Positions 13,915-26,797 of a DNA stretch of 64,000 nt are shown piece after piece. The translations under genes were made by a program, and so were the position numbers. Each line of letters opens with the position of its first letter. Within the stretch, counting starts at the first letter, position 1. The notes below the pieces were generated by a model that was not told the DNA's origin, made no database searches, and worked only from the letters and a program-made list of their open reading frames with translations. The stretch is from Octopus sinensis (taxonomy: Eukaryota). Where the stretch lies: positions 60,016,001 through 60,080,000 of the forward strand of contig NC_043009.1 of assembly GCF_006345805.1 (NCBI RefSeq). The letters are read 5' to 3'.

Positions 13915-14734
13915 TATACATTTACAAGTTTTAAGTGAAAAAGAAATACAGGCGAAGGGAGAGGTGCCGCCCACACTAATAAATTCGATGAAAAGTGAAT
14001 AAGACTGGAAACCATCACGTGTAAACAGGACTAATCTTAGTATGGACTCGTAAACCGAGAAAAGGAAGGAGAGGAAGCCCTTGCCCTTGGCGGTCGGGAT
14101 GATTAATGTTTTGTTGGGTTTCTACGATTGGGCCTAAGTAGTTGTCACTTTTGTAGGAGGATCTTATTTGTTAGTATTTTTTTGTTATTTGTTTTCGTTA
14201 TTTCTTTTTTGCACGTTTTATGTAAGAATCTTGCTATTTTTGTGTCCTGTTTTTTTTTTGTATAATTTCTCTTTACTTTCGTATTATTTCTCTTTGCTTG
14301 TGATTAATAAAGAACCTGTAAGCTTATAATCAAACTAACAAAGAGCGAATCATATCAACATCGCATCGATTCAGCCTTGCCACCAGTCACAAAGAAAGAT
14401 AAACAATACGAATAAAAATCGCATTATTCAACTTGGGTTTAAAAGGAGAACGCGTCCATTGAATCTGATGCATAAAATGTATTAGGCGTAAAAAGGATAA
14501 TGGGCATCAATACCCCAGATGTCTGTCCCAGTAACAGGTTATAGTTGTTATATTTTCAATTGGACATTAAATGAATTAGCAAGACTAGACGGGAGAAAAA
14601 AAAAAAAAGAAATAAGAAACAAGAAAAAGTAATGGCTAAATGAACATGGAAAATGAGGACAGTGAATACAAATAATTTCTATGAAAGTAGACGCCTTGGG
14701 AATCATTAGAAAAAACTGCTGACTAATACATAAT

Positions 14735-15150
14735 CTATTTCTTTACTACCCACAAGGGGCAACACACAGAATGGACAAGCAAGGACAGACAAACGGAATA
14801 AGTCGATTACATCGACCCCAGTGCGTAACTGGTACTTAATTTATCGACCCCGAAAAGGATGAAAGGCAAAGTCGACCTCGGCGGAATTTGAACTCAGAAC
14901 GTAAAGACAGCCGAAGTACCTATTTCTTTACTACCCACAAGGGGCAAAACACTTAGTGGACAAACAAGGACAGACAAAGGGATTAAGTCGATTATATCGA
15001 CCCCAGTGCGTAACTGGTACTTAATTTATCGACCCTGAAAAGGATGAAAGGCAAAGTCGACCTCGGCGGAATTTGAACTCAGAACGTAGCGGCAGACGAA
15101 ATACCGCGAAGCATTTCGCCCGGCGTGCTAACGTTTCTGCCAGCTCGCCG
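14735..15150 (-). mobile_element. SINE family A, tandem (head + 2 bodies)
   Basis: Junction taaagaaata|ggtacttcgg on the minus strand near 14925-14945. Confidence 0.9.
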
Positions 15151-15300
15151 GGGTACAAATATGCACAACATACAGAAAATTTTACTTCTAGGCAATAGAC
15201 ACAGAGAAGAATGCAATTGCGGTATGAAAACAAACATTAAAAACGAAACAACGGAACAATAACTATTATCATTATTATGTATTCGATATAAACATCATTG

Positions 15301-15405
15301 TGGAGGCGCAATGGCCCACTGGTTAGGGCAGCGGACTCGCGGTCGGAGGATCGCAGTTTCTATTCCCAGACCGGGCGTTGTGTGTGTTTATTGAGCGAAA
15401 ACACC
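15301..15405 (+). mobile_element. SINE family C, 5' head only
   Basis: ggaggcgcaatggcccactggttagggcagcggactcg. Confidence 0.8.
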
Positions 15406-15954
15406 ATATTTACGGCAGGTTGTAAGTTAGCGGTGTCAGGTCATTCAACATAGAAGAGATGACCAGAAGCAGGACTACGATTTCCGAGATACACAGAATC
15501 GCATCTTTCGATAGACCTGGGTTGACGGACAGAATTGCAGCGTAGTTTCGGAAAGTCTAGGACTTTTAGGAAGGATAATCTTTCTGGGTACTGACAGTAA
15601 GTTGGTTGTGCTAGACGTGAACGACAGCATTCACACCAGCGGCTTGTTATGCTTCGATAAAGACAACTTGATTTCTTCAAGCATCTAAATACGTTCTAAG
15701 AAACGTCCTGCTGTACAGGGAAGTAAAATGGCTTTCTTAATGAAAACTGGAATTGCATAATGTTGCTGGTATGAGCATGGATGAAAAAGGCTCCAAAATT
15801 TACCCATTTTTTTTTTTCTGAGGGGTATCATTTTTTCTTAAAGCAAACATCGGATCATCCAGATTGTGTTTCGATAGAATATTCGTCAGGTCTGCGGAGA
15901 TTGTGTAGGTACCCCACGATTTCAACTAGTCGATTATACAGGACCTAAATTATA

Positions 15955-16192
15955 TAGTTTAGATGACTGGCATATTTTGATCGTATTATGCGGAGAAAAT
16001 CCCTGGAGAAGGACATCATGCTTGGAATGGTCAGTGGCAAGAGAGGAAGAGGCCGACCAAGAACCCGCTAGCTTGACACCATCAAGAGTGACACGGAAAT
16101 GGCCATAGCCAATCTGAAAGAAGCGACCCAGGATAGAACTGGCTGGAGAACACTGATCCATTGAGTAACCGAGAGTCGACTTCGACTGAGCG

Positions 16193-16265
<73 letters not shown>
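15955..16265 (+). mobile_element. RTE-clade LINE 3' end with (GATA)n tail
   Basis: Translates to IMRRKSLEKDIMLGMVSGKRGRGRPRTR*LDTIKSDT...DRTGWRTLIH*VTESRLRLSG*, the typical RTE/BovB ORF C-terminus, then (gata)n. Confidence 0.85.
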
Positions 16266-16266
<1 letters not shown>

Positions 16267-16557
16267 GATGATCAACCTGGTTAGGACGAATACAGACGGT
16301 AACAAGAAGAACGCTTTGTTCCTAGTACCAATGCCCTGACTAGCGAATTAGTTAGTAAGCGGCAGTCGTTGAAAACAATCGTCTAAAATCAATGAGGATA
16401 GTTCTGAAGGACAGTGGAATAAGTAAATGAAACGGAAAAGATTTACAGAATCCAAAATGCATTTCAAGAGAAGATAAATAAAATGTGTAAGAAGGAACAC
16501 ATTTTCTGAAAATGCGTGAAGATACGGAGATTTGGAATAACAAATAACCTACAAAGG

Positions 16558-17165
16558 CAAGGGTCGGGCAACTTTTTTAACCGATTACCCCCGAAATATA
16601 TTTATTTACCCCGACGTTACCCCCTTGATTCGAATGGAAGAAAATCATAGATAACAAGGAACACGTTTTTTTTTTATGGCTGTGTGGTAAGAAGCTTGCT
16701 TGCCAACCACATGGTTCCGGGTTCAGTCCCACTGCGTGGCACCTTGGACAAGTGTCTTCTACTATAGCCTCGGGCCGACCAAAGCCTTGTGAGTGGATTT
16801 GGTAGACGGAAACTGAAAGAAGCCCGTCGCATATATGTATATATATATGTATGTGTGTGTGTATATGTTTGTGTGTCTGTGTTTGTCCCTCCAACATTGC
16901 TTGACAACCGATGCTGGTGTGTTTACGTCCCCGTAAGTTAGCGGTTCAGCAAAAGAGACCGATAAAATAAGTACAAGGCTTACAAAGAATAAGTCCTGGG
17001 GTCGATTTGCGCGACTAAAGGCGGTGCTCCAGCATGGCCACAGTCACATGACTGAAACAAGTAAAAAAAGTAAAAGAGAGAGTTATGTCTAATGAGTCTA
17101 CATTACTCCCAAGAATTTCATTTTTACCCCACTTGGAGTAATTTACCTCGGTTCACCGACCCCTG
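16558..17165. mobile_element. hAT-type MITE interrupted by a SINE B insertion
   Basis: Ends caagggtcgggcaac and ggttcaccgacccctg are imperfect inverted repeats. Flanks tacaaagg / tattaagg match 6/8, consistent with an 8-bp TSD. Subterminal ttacccc motifs. Confidence 0.6.
16677..17078 (+). mobile_element. SINE family B, full length
   Basis: Complete head, CORE-like segment, internal TA/TG tract and tail ...gactgaaacaagtaaaa. Confidence 0.9.
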
Positions 17166-17529
17166 TATTAAGGGCTATCTAAATTACTTGCGAAAAGATC
17201 TTGGGGAACATCGAGTGAAGATTTGCGTGCGAGAGCTTCGATTATGTGGAGCATGCAAGAGATAGGCTGATAGCGAAAACTATTGTGCAAGGTTCTGAAA
17301 GGCAATGTGTTAACCTCAAGAAGGACGTAGCCGCATTCCTACTTACCTCCACACGCGACTTGTACACAAGCATTTCAGGGTATCAATTATTTTCAGAACT
17401 TGGATGTACAACCCAAGGAAGCGAATGTTGGATATGGCTGTGAGGGGCTCTGATCAAACCAAGGTTAAAATTCTTCACCTGTGAGTGGGTTGGTTGCTGT
17501 TATTTATTTTCTCTTTTAATTTATATCGA

Positions 17530-17884
17530 TCTATATATATAAAGCTGAAGCTGTCTGTGTATGGCAGGTTTGGTAGCCTTCAACTAACACTATCTCCTCC
17601 GAGACCCTGCGGCACAAGTTGACCAAAATTGGGAGTATGATAGAAAATCGGACCATGTTAACACCAAAAATTATTTACATCTAAAAGGTGCTTTTTTTCT
17701 ATGAAAATCCCTATTTTTTTTACGATTTTTTGACTGCTGTGTCGCCATTTTTCGGTGTATTTCAACCAGAAAGATGTTCACTTAAAGAGAATAACAAGCT
17801 ACATAATCCACAACTTTTACTTTTCAAAAATTCCAATTCTAAGGGGTCGAAACAAACCCGAGCAATGCCGGGCGATACTGCTAG
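17530..17884 (+). mobile_element. Non-autonomous Helitron
   Basis: A|TCTATATATATAAA start, subterminal hairpin cccgagcaatgccggg, CTAG|T end; inserted between A and T with no TSD. Confidence 0.8.
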
Positions 17885-18014
17885 TTTAATTATACATGTA
17901 TACACACTTACACAAATTACGTATTGCTATAATTAAAAAAAAAATAATTGGGCTTTATATGTTGTATTACGTCCCTTGTCCCACTGTTCAGTTTTATATC
18001 ATTTGCTTGTATAT

Positions 18015-18320
18015 ATTGGTACTCCGTCAGTTACGACGGTGATCGTTTCAGTTGATCCGATAAACGGAACAGCTTCTCTTGAAATTAATATGCAAGTGGT
18101 TGAGTACCCCACAGATACGCGTGCCCTTAACGTCATTGACAAGACTGACCCTTTGAAATACAAGTATTATTCATTTTATTTTTATCAGGTGAATGGACTG
18201 GAGCTACGTGACATAAAGTGTCTCGCTTCAGGACACAACATGCCGCCGGATATCGTACTCACGGCCTTACAATCCAATCGGGAACCGAATACCCTAACCT
18301 CTGAGCTACGCGCCTTCCCT
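18015..18320 (-). mobile_element. Diverged SINE C 3' fragment and SINE J-like head
   Basis: tactccgtcagttacgacg...aacggaacagc; minus-strand head gaaggcgcgtagctcagaggttagggtattcgg. Confidence 0.55.
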
Positions 18321-18412
18321 GTCAGCATATCACCACGTGCTTTATAAAAGCTTTGTAATATACGGATACGCACTGTTGGCAACGAAATAAATCATCATCA
18401 TCATCATCGTCG

Positions 18413-18473
<61 letters not shown>

Positions 18474-18649
18474 TATTATTATTATTATCATTATTATTAT
18501 TATTACAAAAATAATAGTAATTATTGTTTATATAAATATGATGATGATGACGATGAGGAAGAATTAAAATAATGGGTTCTTTATATACCGCTAGAGTAGC
18601 TTAAATATACATAATTCATGTGATAATGATTTGTTTTCGAAACAGTAGC

Positions 18650-19200
18650 AGAAGATGAAGAGGAAGAAGAAGAAGGAGGAGAAGGAGGAGGAAGAAGAGG
18701 AGGAGGAGAGGGGAAGGAGATAAAGAAAAGTAGGAGAAAGAGAAGAAAAGTAACAGCAGGCGGGAGAAGAAGGGGAAGAAGAAGAAGAAGAAAGAGGAAG
18801 AAGAAGAAAAAGGAGGAAGAAGAAAAAGGAAGAGGAGGAGGAAAAAGAGAAGATGAAGAAAAGTGAGAAAAGAACAAAAATAGCAGCAGGCGAAGGAAGA
18901 GGATGGAAGGGAGGAGGAGATGATGATGTTGAAGAAGAAGAGGAGGAGGAGGAAGAAAACAAGGAGGCGGAGGAAACGAAGAAGACGAAGAGAAGTAAGA
19001 GAAAGAGAAGAAAAGTGACAGCAGGCAGAGTAAGAAGAGGAGGAGAAGGAGGAGGAAGAAGAAAGAAGGATGAGGAAAAGGAGAAGATGAAGATAAGTAA
19101 AAAGAAAGAATTAAGGTAGCAGTAGCCGAAGGAAGAGGAGGAAGGGGAGGAGGGAGATGAGGATAATGAAGAGGAAGAAACGGAACTGCATTTCGAAGGA
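18650..19200. repeat. Purine-rich (GAA/GGA)n low-complexity tract
   Basis: Direct reading; contains internal repeats of aaagtaacagcaggc-like motifs. Confidence 0.9.
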
Positions 19201-19429
19201 AAGAACAAAACAAAACCCCCAAAACTATTAAGTAGCCAAAATAAGAACAAAAATAAAAGATCAACAACAACAAGAACAGCAACGCCAACCAAACAATATG
19301 CACTTAGTGCCATAGTAACAATGAAGAGTGGATGCAGAAATCCAAAATCAATAGATTCAACAAGTCTGGTACGCTCGTTGCCTATGGGCGTAAAACACTC
19401 AAATAAATCTATTAGAAAACAAATTCCTA

Positions 19430-19468
19430 ATAATAATAATAATAATAATAATAATGATAATAATAATA

Positions 19469-19515
<47 letters not shown>

Positions 19516-19537
19516 TAATAATAATAACAATAATAAC

Positions 19538-19572
<35 letters not shown>

Positions 19573-19776
19573 TAATAATAATGATAATAATAATGATAAT
19601 ATAATAATAATAATAATGATAATAATAATAATAATGATAATAATAATAATAATAATGATAATAATAATAATAATAATAATAATATAATAACAATAATAAT
19701 AATAATGATATAATAATATAATAATAACAATAATAATAATATTAATAATAATAATAATAATAAAAATAATAGTAAC

Positions 19777-19820
<44 letters not shown>

Positions 19821-19889
19821 TAATAGTAATAATAATAAAAATAATGATAATAATAATAATAATGATGATAATAATAATAATAATAATGC

Positions 19890-19936
<47 letters not shown>

Positions 19937-19941
19937 TAATG

Positions 19942-19996
<55 letters not shown>
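19430..19996. repeat. (AAT)n microsatellite, ~560 bp
   Basis: Direct reading. Confidence 0.95.
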
Positions 19997-19997
<1 letters not shown>

Positions 19998-20404
19998 GTG
20001 TTTAAGATATGTGCGCGCAAGAATATGTTTGTACATGTATGTATACATTTTATCGATGTGCATCAACGAAAGGGATAAATAAGCGTAGGCAAGAAACCAA
20101 AAAAATAAATAAATAAATAAAATAAAAGAAAGTCGTCGAGGTTTCCCTTCTTACATTCATCATATGTGATGCTATGCTATGCAATGCAAGCGAACCATCG
20201 ATGAACAAGATGAAAAATAAAACATTAAAAACCACCACCCACGCCATCGGTTGTTCAAATTGATAAATTGATAAATGAAACTGCTGAGTTATAATATTAT
20301 TTGAAAAATAATATATGTATTAACAATAGGGAACGTAACAGCTATTGTGAGTTGGTAGTTGGTTAAAATAACACAGTAACACTTCTACGATGTAACTGTT
20401 TCAG

Positions 20405-20687
20405 ATTTGTGCTGTTAGTAGTCTTATGGGCTGTGATGAGCTATGTGGTGTTGGTGGAGGGAATTGCAGATGAGGTAGACGGAAGTGAAGACTGCATGGG
20501 CCTGTGGGACAGCCACGGGGCATGCGTGGGCAGGAAGCACATGTGGTCAGTTCCAGCAGAAACGGCAGCGTGCAAGGACGTGTTTATTTCTTGACAGTGA
20601 TCACTCATCCCACCGAGGTCAACTGGTAAGGTCTTTGTATTTCTTTCTCCCGTTTTGCTTTTTCTGTGGTCCTTTTCCTCCATCACA
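20405..20687. other. GC-rich exon-like island, strand unresolved
   Basis: Minus: acceptor at 20688, open to TAG at 20441 (VMEEKDHRKSK...PSTSSAIPSTNTT*). Plus: acceptor ttttcag at 20404 and donor CTG|gtaagg at 20626, but no frame is open throughout. Confidence 0.3.
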
Positions 20688-20940
20688 CTACAAGATTTTA
20701 AAAAAACTCTCAAGAGGATCACTGATAAAATCAGTCACCAAATAAAAGATAGATTGATGAACGTATGTATTTATGTATAATTTAAATAAAATGACTCAGA
20801 GTGACCAGTGGCTGGTATCTGAGCAACATAGACACATACATCGCGAAATAAATTCTTGATTTATTAAAGTTATCTCCGCTTGTAGATGATGTGTCAGAGT
20901 TAGCAAAAAGCAATTGAAACTAGCTATACTTAAGGAGGGT

Positions 20941-21252
20941 GGAGGCGCAATGGTCCAGTGATTAAGGCAGCGGACTCGCGTACTGAGGATCGCGGTTTCG
21001 ATTCCCAGACCGGGCGTTGTGTGTGTTTATTGAGCGAAAACACCTAAAACAAGCTCCACGAGGCTCCGGCAAGGTATGGTGGCAACCCCTGTTGTACTCT
21101 TTCGCCCCAACTTTCTCTCACTCTCTCTTCCTGTTTCTTGAGTAACGCTGCAATGGACTGGCGTCCCGTCCAGCTGGTGGGGGTGAGGGGCACATATGCC
21201 ACAGAAACCGGGAAACCGGGCCCATGAGCCTGGCTAGGCTTGAAAAGGGCGA
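20941..21252 (+). mobile_element. SINE family C head with family J-type tail (variant or chimera)
   Basis: C head to ...tttctctcactc, then gagtaacgctgcaatggactggcgtcccgtccagctgg...aaaagggcg as in 34970-35140. Confidence 0.75.
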
Positions 21253-21455
21253 AAGAAAAAGAATACTTAAGGAATGAGACAATCTCAAGAATGAAGAATT
21301 TTTCAAAATTGACATGCGGTTAAAAGGACAGATTGACTGTCTGGAGATAAGGGGGCAGTCGTGGACAGATGTTTTCGACCCAATAATATTCGTCAGCAAC
21401 ACGGCAATCGTCCTAACTTATTCCCAGTAACCAAAAGGCTTAGACTTGGTTCAGA

Positions 21456-21606
21456 AGTGGCTGTGTGGTAAGAAGCTGGCTTCCAAAACACATGGTTCCG
21501 GGTTCAGTCCCATGCGTGAGACCTTGAGCAAGTTTCGTCTACAATAACCTCGGGCCGACCAGAACCTTCTGCTACTGGTTTTGGTAGACGGAAACGGTAA
21601 GAAGTA

Positions 21607-21702
<96 letters not shown>

Positions 21703-21876
21703 CATGCGTGTATGTCTTTGTGCCTCTTACCACCGCGGTTCAACAAAAGAGATCGATAGAATAATTCCTAGGCTTAAAAATAATAAGAACTGGGATAGAT
21801 TAATCGACTAAAATTCTTCAAGGCGGTGCCCCGGGATGGCTGCAGTCTAATGACTGAAACAAGTAAAAGATAAAAG
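21456..21876 (+). mobile_element. SINE family B with internal (TATC)n/(TGTC)n
   Basis: Homology to 16677-17078, with a different internal microsatellite. Confidence 0.8.
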
Positions 21877-22408
21877 ATGTTTATGACCTAGGTAATTTGC
21901 ATAATTTATGCGAAAATGCACTAAGAAAACAACATAGACAAATACAGGTGTATCAAATACCACTCAACATAAATTCTTGATGTTAAAATTAGCTTCACGT
22001 CTTGAGCATGTTTCTTAATTACCCAGCGACAATTAGAACACAATTAGAATATAGGCTAATGAAATACAATTAGAATATATGCTAATGAGATACGTGTAAA
22101 GATCAGCTCATTTATGATGTTATGATAATAAAAAAATTGTAAATGATTCTCCAGCCTTTTCTCTGCTCTAGGTTGCATTTATGAATGCATTTGCGCATTT
22201 ATGCATGTATGTAGGTGTACACTGCACACCGATACATACACAAATATATGTATACCATAAAAATTCGACGTTTGATTCTTTTCTAAAAGGATTTTTCCAT
22301 ATTTACGTATATCTTGTTATTGCTCTTCTGTGTTTTCTTTGGAGCAATAACGCTTCTAAATTCATTAAACTGACGTTTTAAGACCTTCACAATCTCGATT
22401 ACAGACTA

Positions 22409-22745
22409 CGAGGGGTGCTGAAAAGTTCCTGGCTTTGCGTAAAAGAAAATACAGGAGGATCAGTTAATTATGATATTATTCAACATATTCCCCTCAGATT
22501 CACATACTTATTGCAATGGTCCTTCAGTTTTTCTAAGCTCTGTAGAAAAACTTGGAAAGTTGGGCCTCCAGCCAGGCCTCTTTAGTAGCGATCACTTCCA
22601 AATTGGAGTGAAATTTCGTTCCTTTGAGATGTTTCTTCAATTGTGGAAAGAGGTGTTTGTTGGAAGGGGCCAAATCAGGAGTGTAAGGGGAATGGTCTAC
22701 CAATTCGAAACCAAGACACCAATCGCTCTGTCTGCAATACCAAAG
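22409..22745 (-). mobile_element. Mariner 3'-end fragment (irritans-like TIR)
   Basis: TA|cgaggggtgctgaaaagttcc TIR. Minus translation LGFELVDHSPYTPDLAPSNKHLFPQLKKHLKGTKF ... GEYVE*. Confidence 0.85.
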
Positions 22746-22750
22746 CTTAG

Positions 22751-22995
22751 CTAGTGACCAAGATCGAGGAGGTGTTCGAGGGTCTTCCCGGGGATCCAGC
22801 GAGGAACGCATGTGCCACATTCCGGAGTCGTCTTGAGGCCATGGTGGAAGCTGAGGGCAGCTATTTTATCTGATATCTCCCAGCCATATTCCAGCTGATA
22901 TGTTTTGGTTTTTTAAAAATACTTTTATTTTGGAATTGGATATCGTGTTTTCTTTTCTTTTTATGTAAACTGTCAAATCTAGCGTGAACACCCTG
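22751..22995 (+). mobile_element. Tc1/maT-like transposon 3'-end fragment
   Basis: LVTKIEEVFEGLPGDPARNACATFRSRLEAMVEAEGSYFI*, then a terminus ...gtgaacaccctg|TA. Confidence 0.7.
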
Positions 22996-23465
22996 TATTC
23001 GATTAAGCAGTCCTGGTTATGTACATCTAGAAACAAATAACGAGATGTTACTAACAGATGGAATAGGATTATATGTCAGAAAAAAAGCACATAATTTATA
23101 AAAAATGCTTGCAAAATACGCAATCAGCGTAAAGGATTCATAGGGTGCATTATTAAAGATAAAAAATTATAACAAAAAACAAAAGACAAGCTGTTGAAAT
23201 ATTAACACCATTCAGCTATTTCGTTCAACTGAATGAGAAACTTGTCTCCGCGGTTTCTAGAAATATTTCCGCCATTGTCTGTATTAGAAAGAGTTTTATG
23301 TTTAATAGTAAATATTCATATTTGTTCATCTCGGTGTTTGTATCATATATCGTCCATTTTTTCTGGTGTAGGGTTTTGTTATACGAGTTATTTTTTGACT
23401 TGGAATTCCGATTTAACTCTTACGAAACCACACCATTAATCATCGTCGTCGGCTGCCTGTCGTAG

Positions 23466-23697
23466 GTCGATGTTGGCTGTTCCGTTGAGGAACAAAACGT
23501 CTTTAGACGGGGAGTAAGGCAGTTGGCGTTTCCCCCACCACCAGACTACCGCTCTGGGCCAGCACACCAAATCATGAGATTTACAACAGTGCAACGAGGC
23601 TGCCCCGCTGTAGCAGCTCACTCGGTAGTTGATGGGCAACCATCGTTTGATGGTACAGATCTTCCGCTTGATTCCAATAATTTTCCCAGAAACAGAT
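23466..23697 (+). CDS. Candidate internal exon of an unidentified gene (VDVGCSVEEQNVFRRGVRQLAFPPPPDYRSG...DSNNFPRNR)
   Basis: GC-rich unique island; acceptor tgcctgtcgtag, donor AGAT|gtaaga; 232 nt open frame; contains a PPxY motif. Confidence 0.35.
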
Positions 23698-23927
23698 GTA
23701 AGACTATATCTATAACTTTTCCTTTATAAATGTTCTGAAAACTATTCACAGCCTTGACTTTGTCATCTCATTTTGTCTAATATATATATATATAAATATA
23801 TGCATGCTAATACAAGACCCAAATTAGACTCCTCACTCGTATCATTATAGAACCAAGAGTTTAATCATGGTCTATCCATAGCACTTAGCGTTACCTACCA
23901 CTCTTTGGGTCTTCTAGATACCATTAC

Positions 23928-23966
<39 letters not shown>

Positions 23967-23979
23967 ATATATATATATC

Positions 23980-24185
23980 AAAATATAAATAATATATTAT
24001 ATATATAAGAATTTTTGCGTAATAAGATAAACTACCAAGGCTGTGTAGATATTAGAACATTTATAGATAGGTCTTACAGCTGTTTCAAGGATATTTATTA
24101 ATTATATCCCTTCATCGGAGATGGTGTCAGAGAAAAGTTAAATCATAGTCAGTTTAGATGTGATACAAAATAGAGTGAGGTGGAT
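23980..24185 (-). mobile_element. Small (TA)n-flanked Penelope-like element carrying an HHR motif
   Basis: Unique sequence between two (TA)n tracts; HHR at 24072-24121. Confidence 0.6.
24072..24121 (-). ncRNA. Minimal type-I hammerhead ribozyme motif, U4C core variant
   Basis: TCT CCGATGA AGGGATAT-aattaataa-ATATCCTT GAA ACAGCTGT A AGA: 8-bp stem II, palindromic stem III, GUA cleavage triplet, 3-bp stem I. Confidence 0.65.
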
Positions 24186-24668
24186 ATATATATATATTTA
24201 TTTATTTATTTATTGCACTAATCCTATATATCTCTATAGCAACACACTGAACATAGAAGCACATGCGCGCTCACTTGTATGCACGCGCGCGTGCGCAAAC
24301 ACACTCTAGCACGTAAGTATAACTTAAGTATTAAATCCATCCAACAGGAACACTACATACTCTCGCAATCCAATATACACATATACATTCAACCACAACT
24401 GGTAAACCATTTGACTTTGCCCCAGCGCATACACTTTTACTCAAACTACCACCAACACACATATTTCTATGCACCACAATACACTGCACAGAAGTATGCT
24501 TTAGGAAACAGACAGACACACAGATACACACACACACACACATACACACACATACATTAATACTTTGCACTCATGCTACCACACACATTTATAACATCAC
24601 ATGTTCACAAATGCATAAACTCTAGCTTGTCACTCTCTCACATACATACAAATACACAAAACATACAA

Positions 24669-24707
<39 letters not shown>

Positions 24708-24881
24708 ACACTCAACAGTAATTATCACATGAACTTAACATGATGTGTGTCTATGTGTGTGTGTGTGTGTGTGTGTATGTTCGTGCTTGTTTATACTGTA
24801 AAACTGTGTGTTATCAGTGTGTTTGTGTACGTGAGCGACAGAGATACAGCTAGAGATAGAGAGAGAGATAGGTAGATAGAT

Positions 24882-24912
<31 letters not shown>

Positions 24913-25266
24913 GAGAGATAGAGAGATAGAGAGATGCTTGTGTTATACTTCTATGTATATATGACGTAAACACTCTATGTTAGGCCCTAAATATCTTACA
25001 TACAAAAACACACACATACATATACACACATTGGTATACCTGGTGATTGACAAAGACCTAATTGCACGGGAAATTAGTAATATGGATATATCGACTTACT
25101 TATTGATTGAGTAAGACTGTCTTGACGCTACAGGTTAGTTAATCTGGAGCCGATCTTTGTTTACATGGCGTAAAAACGACCGAGACTACCAGACTCCATC
25201 TTGAACGGAATGCCAGTCAGCAGCTATGTTAATCTCCAGGTGTAGCCGGTACTTATTCCCAGTTAG

Positions 25267-25466
25267 GGCGGCGAGCTGGCAGAGTCGTTAGCACCCCGGG
25301 CGAAATGCTTAGCAGTATTTCGTCTGCCGCTATGCTCTGAGTTCAAATTCCGCCGAGGTCGACTTTGCCTTTCATCCTTTCGGGGTCGATAAATTAAGTT
25401 TAATCCGTTTGTCCGTCCTTGTTTGTTTTCTCTGTGTTTAGCCCCTTGTGGGTAGTAAAGAAATAG
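25267..25466 (+). mobile_element. SINE family A with internal deletion
   Basis: Head and tail present; ends gaaataggta. Confidence 0.85.
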
Positions 25467-25474
25467 GTACATAT

Positions 25475-25630
25475 TCTCAATTTCCGCCTACCAAATCCAC
25501 TCACAAGGCTTTGGTCGGCCCGAGGCTATAGTAGAAGACACATGCTCAAGGTGCCACGCAGTAGGACTGAACTCGGAACCATGTGGTTTGTAAGCAAGCT
25601 TCTTACCACACAGCCACTCCTATGCCTACA
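25475..25630 (-). mobile_element. SINE family B, 5' half
   Basis: Homology to family B head. Confidence 0.85.
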
Positions 25631-25712
25631 CACACACACACATATATATATATATAAAGAGAGAAGAGGATAGGGGTATGATGCAACAAATACCGCATAT
25701 GATACAACAAAT

Positions 25713-25746
<34 letters not shown>

Positions 25747-25986
25747 CATATCCTCCACACCCAGAAACACGCAAAGACATTTTCTTCATTCGTATCTCTT
25801 AAGTTGCTATTTTTAGAACCGTTTGTTTGGAAGCTGAATAAAATTAGACAGGAAAACATTATACGCTTGGTATAGTTCATACGAATTGCATACTAAAAGT
25901 TTATAAAATTAGCATGTACACACACACACATGCATACATACATACATACATACATACATACATACATACATACATACACATGTACC

Positions 25987-26031
<45 letters not shown>

Positions 26032-26087
26032 TTATATATATATGTGTTATATATATATGTATATATATGTATATATATGTATATATA

Positions 26088-26122
<35 letters not shown>

Positions 26123-26797
26123 CACACACATACATGTATATATACAAGTTTTCTTGTTTTAGTCATTAGAATGTGGCCATACTGGAGCACAGCTCTGAAG
26201 AATTATGGTCCAACGAATCGAACCCGCTGGTGCTTATTCTTGCTAAGTTACAGTTACGTAAATACAATACCACCAGTTGTCAGGCACAAATATACACACA
26301 CAAATACAAATATAAATACGCACGCACACACACACACACATGCATTACATAAATTAATATAAACAGTAGTAGGGCAGCGAGCTGGAAGAATCGTTAGCAC
26401 ACCGGGCGAAATGCTTAGCGGCATTTCGTCTGCCGTTACGTTCTGAGTTCAAATTCCGCCGAGGTCGACTTTACCTTTCATCCTTTCGGGCTCGATTAAA
26501 TAAGTACCAGTTACGCACTGGGGTCGACGTAATCGACTTAATCCATTTGTCTCTCCTTGTTTGTCCCCTCTATGTTTAGCCCCCAGTGGGCAATAAAGAA
26601 ATAAATATAAACAGTAGTTCGCAATATTTCTCCAAAAAGAAGTATTATAATTGTCACTAAATGTGACTAGAGTTTTAGAAACACCTACATTGCTAGAAAT
26701 AAGAGCTAAAATGCTCTAGTGTTGTAGTCAACGCACATAAATATAAGTATATACACTAATAAGGACCTTAATCGTCCGAAAAATGCCGATCGATAAT

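Noticed and set aside
15406-15700. Unique sequence with partial open frames on both strands
   Set aside because: Multiple stops and no motif I can assign.
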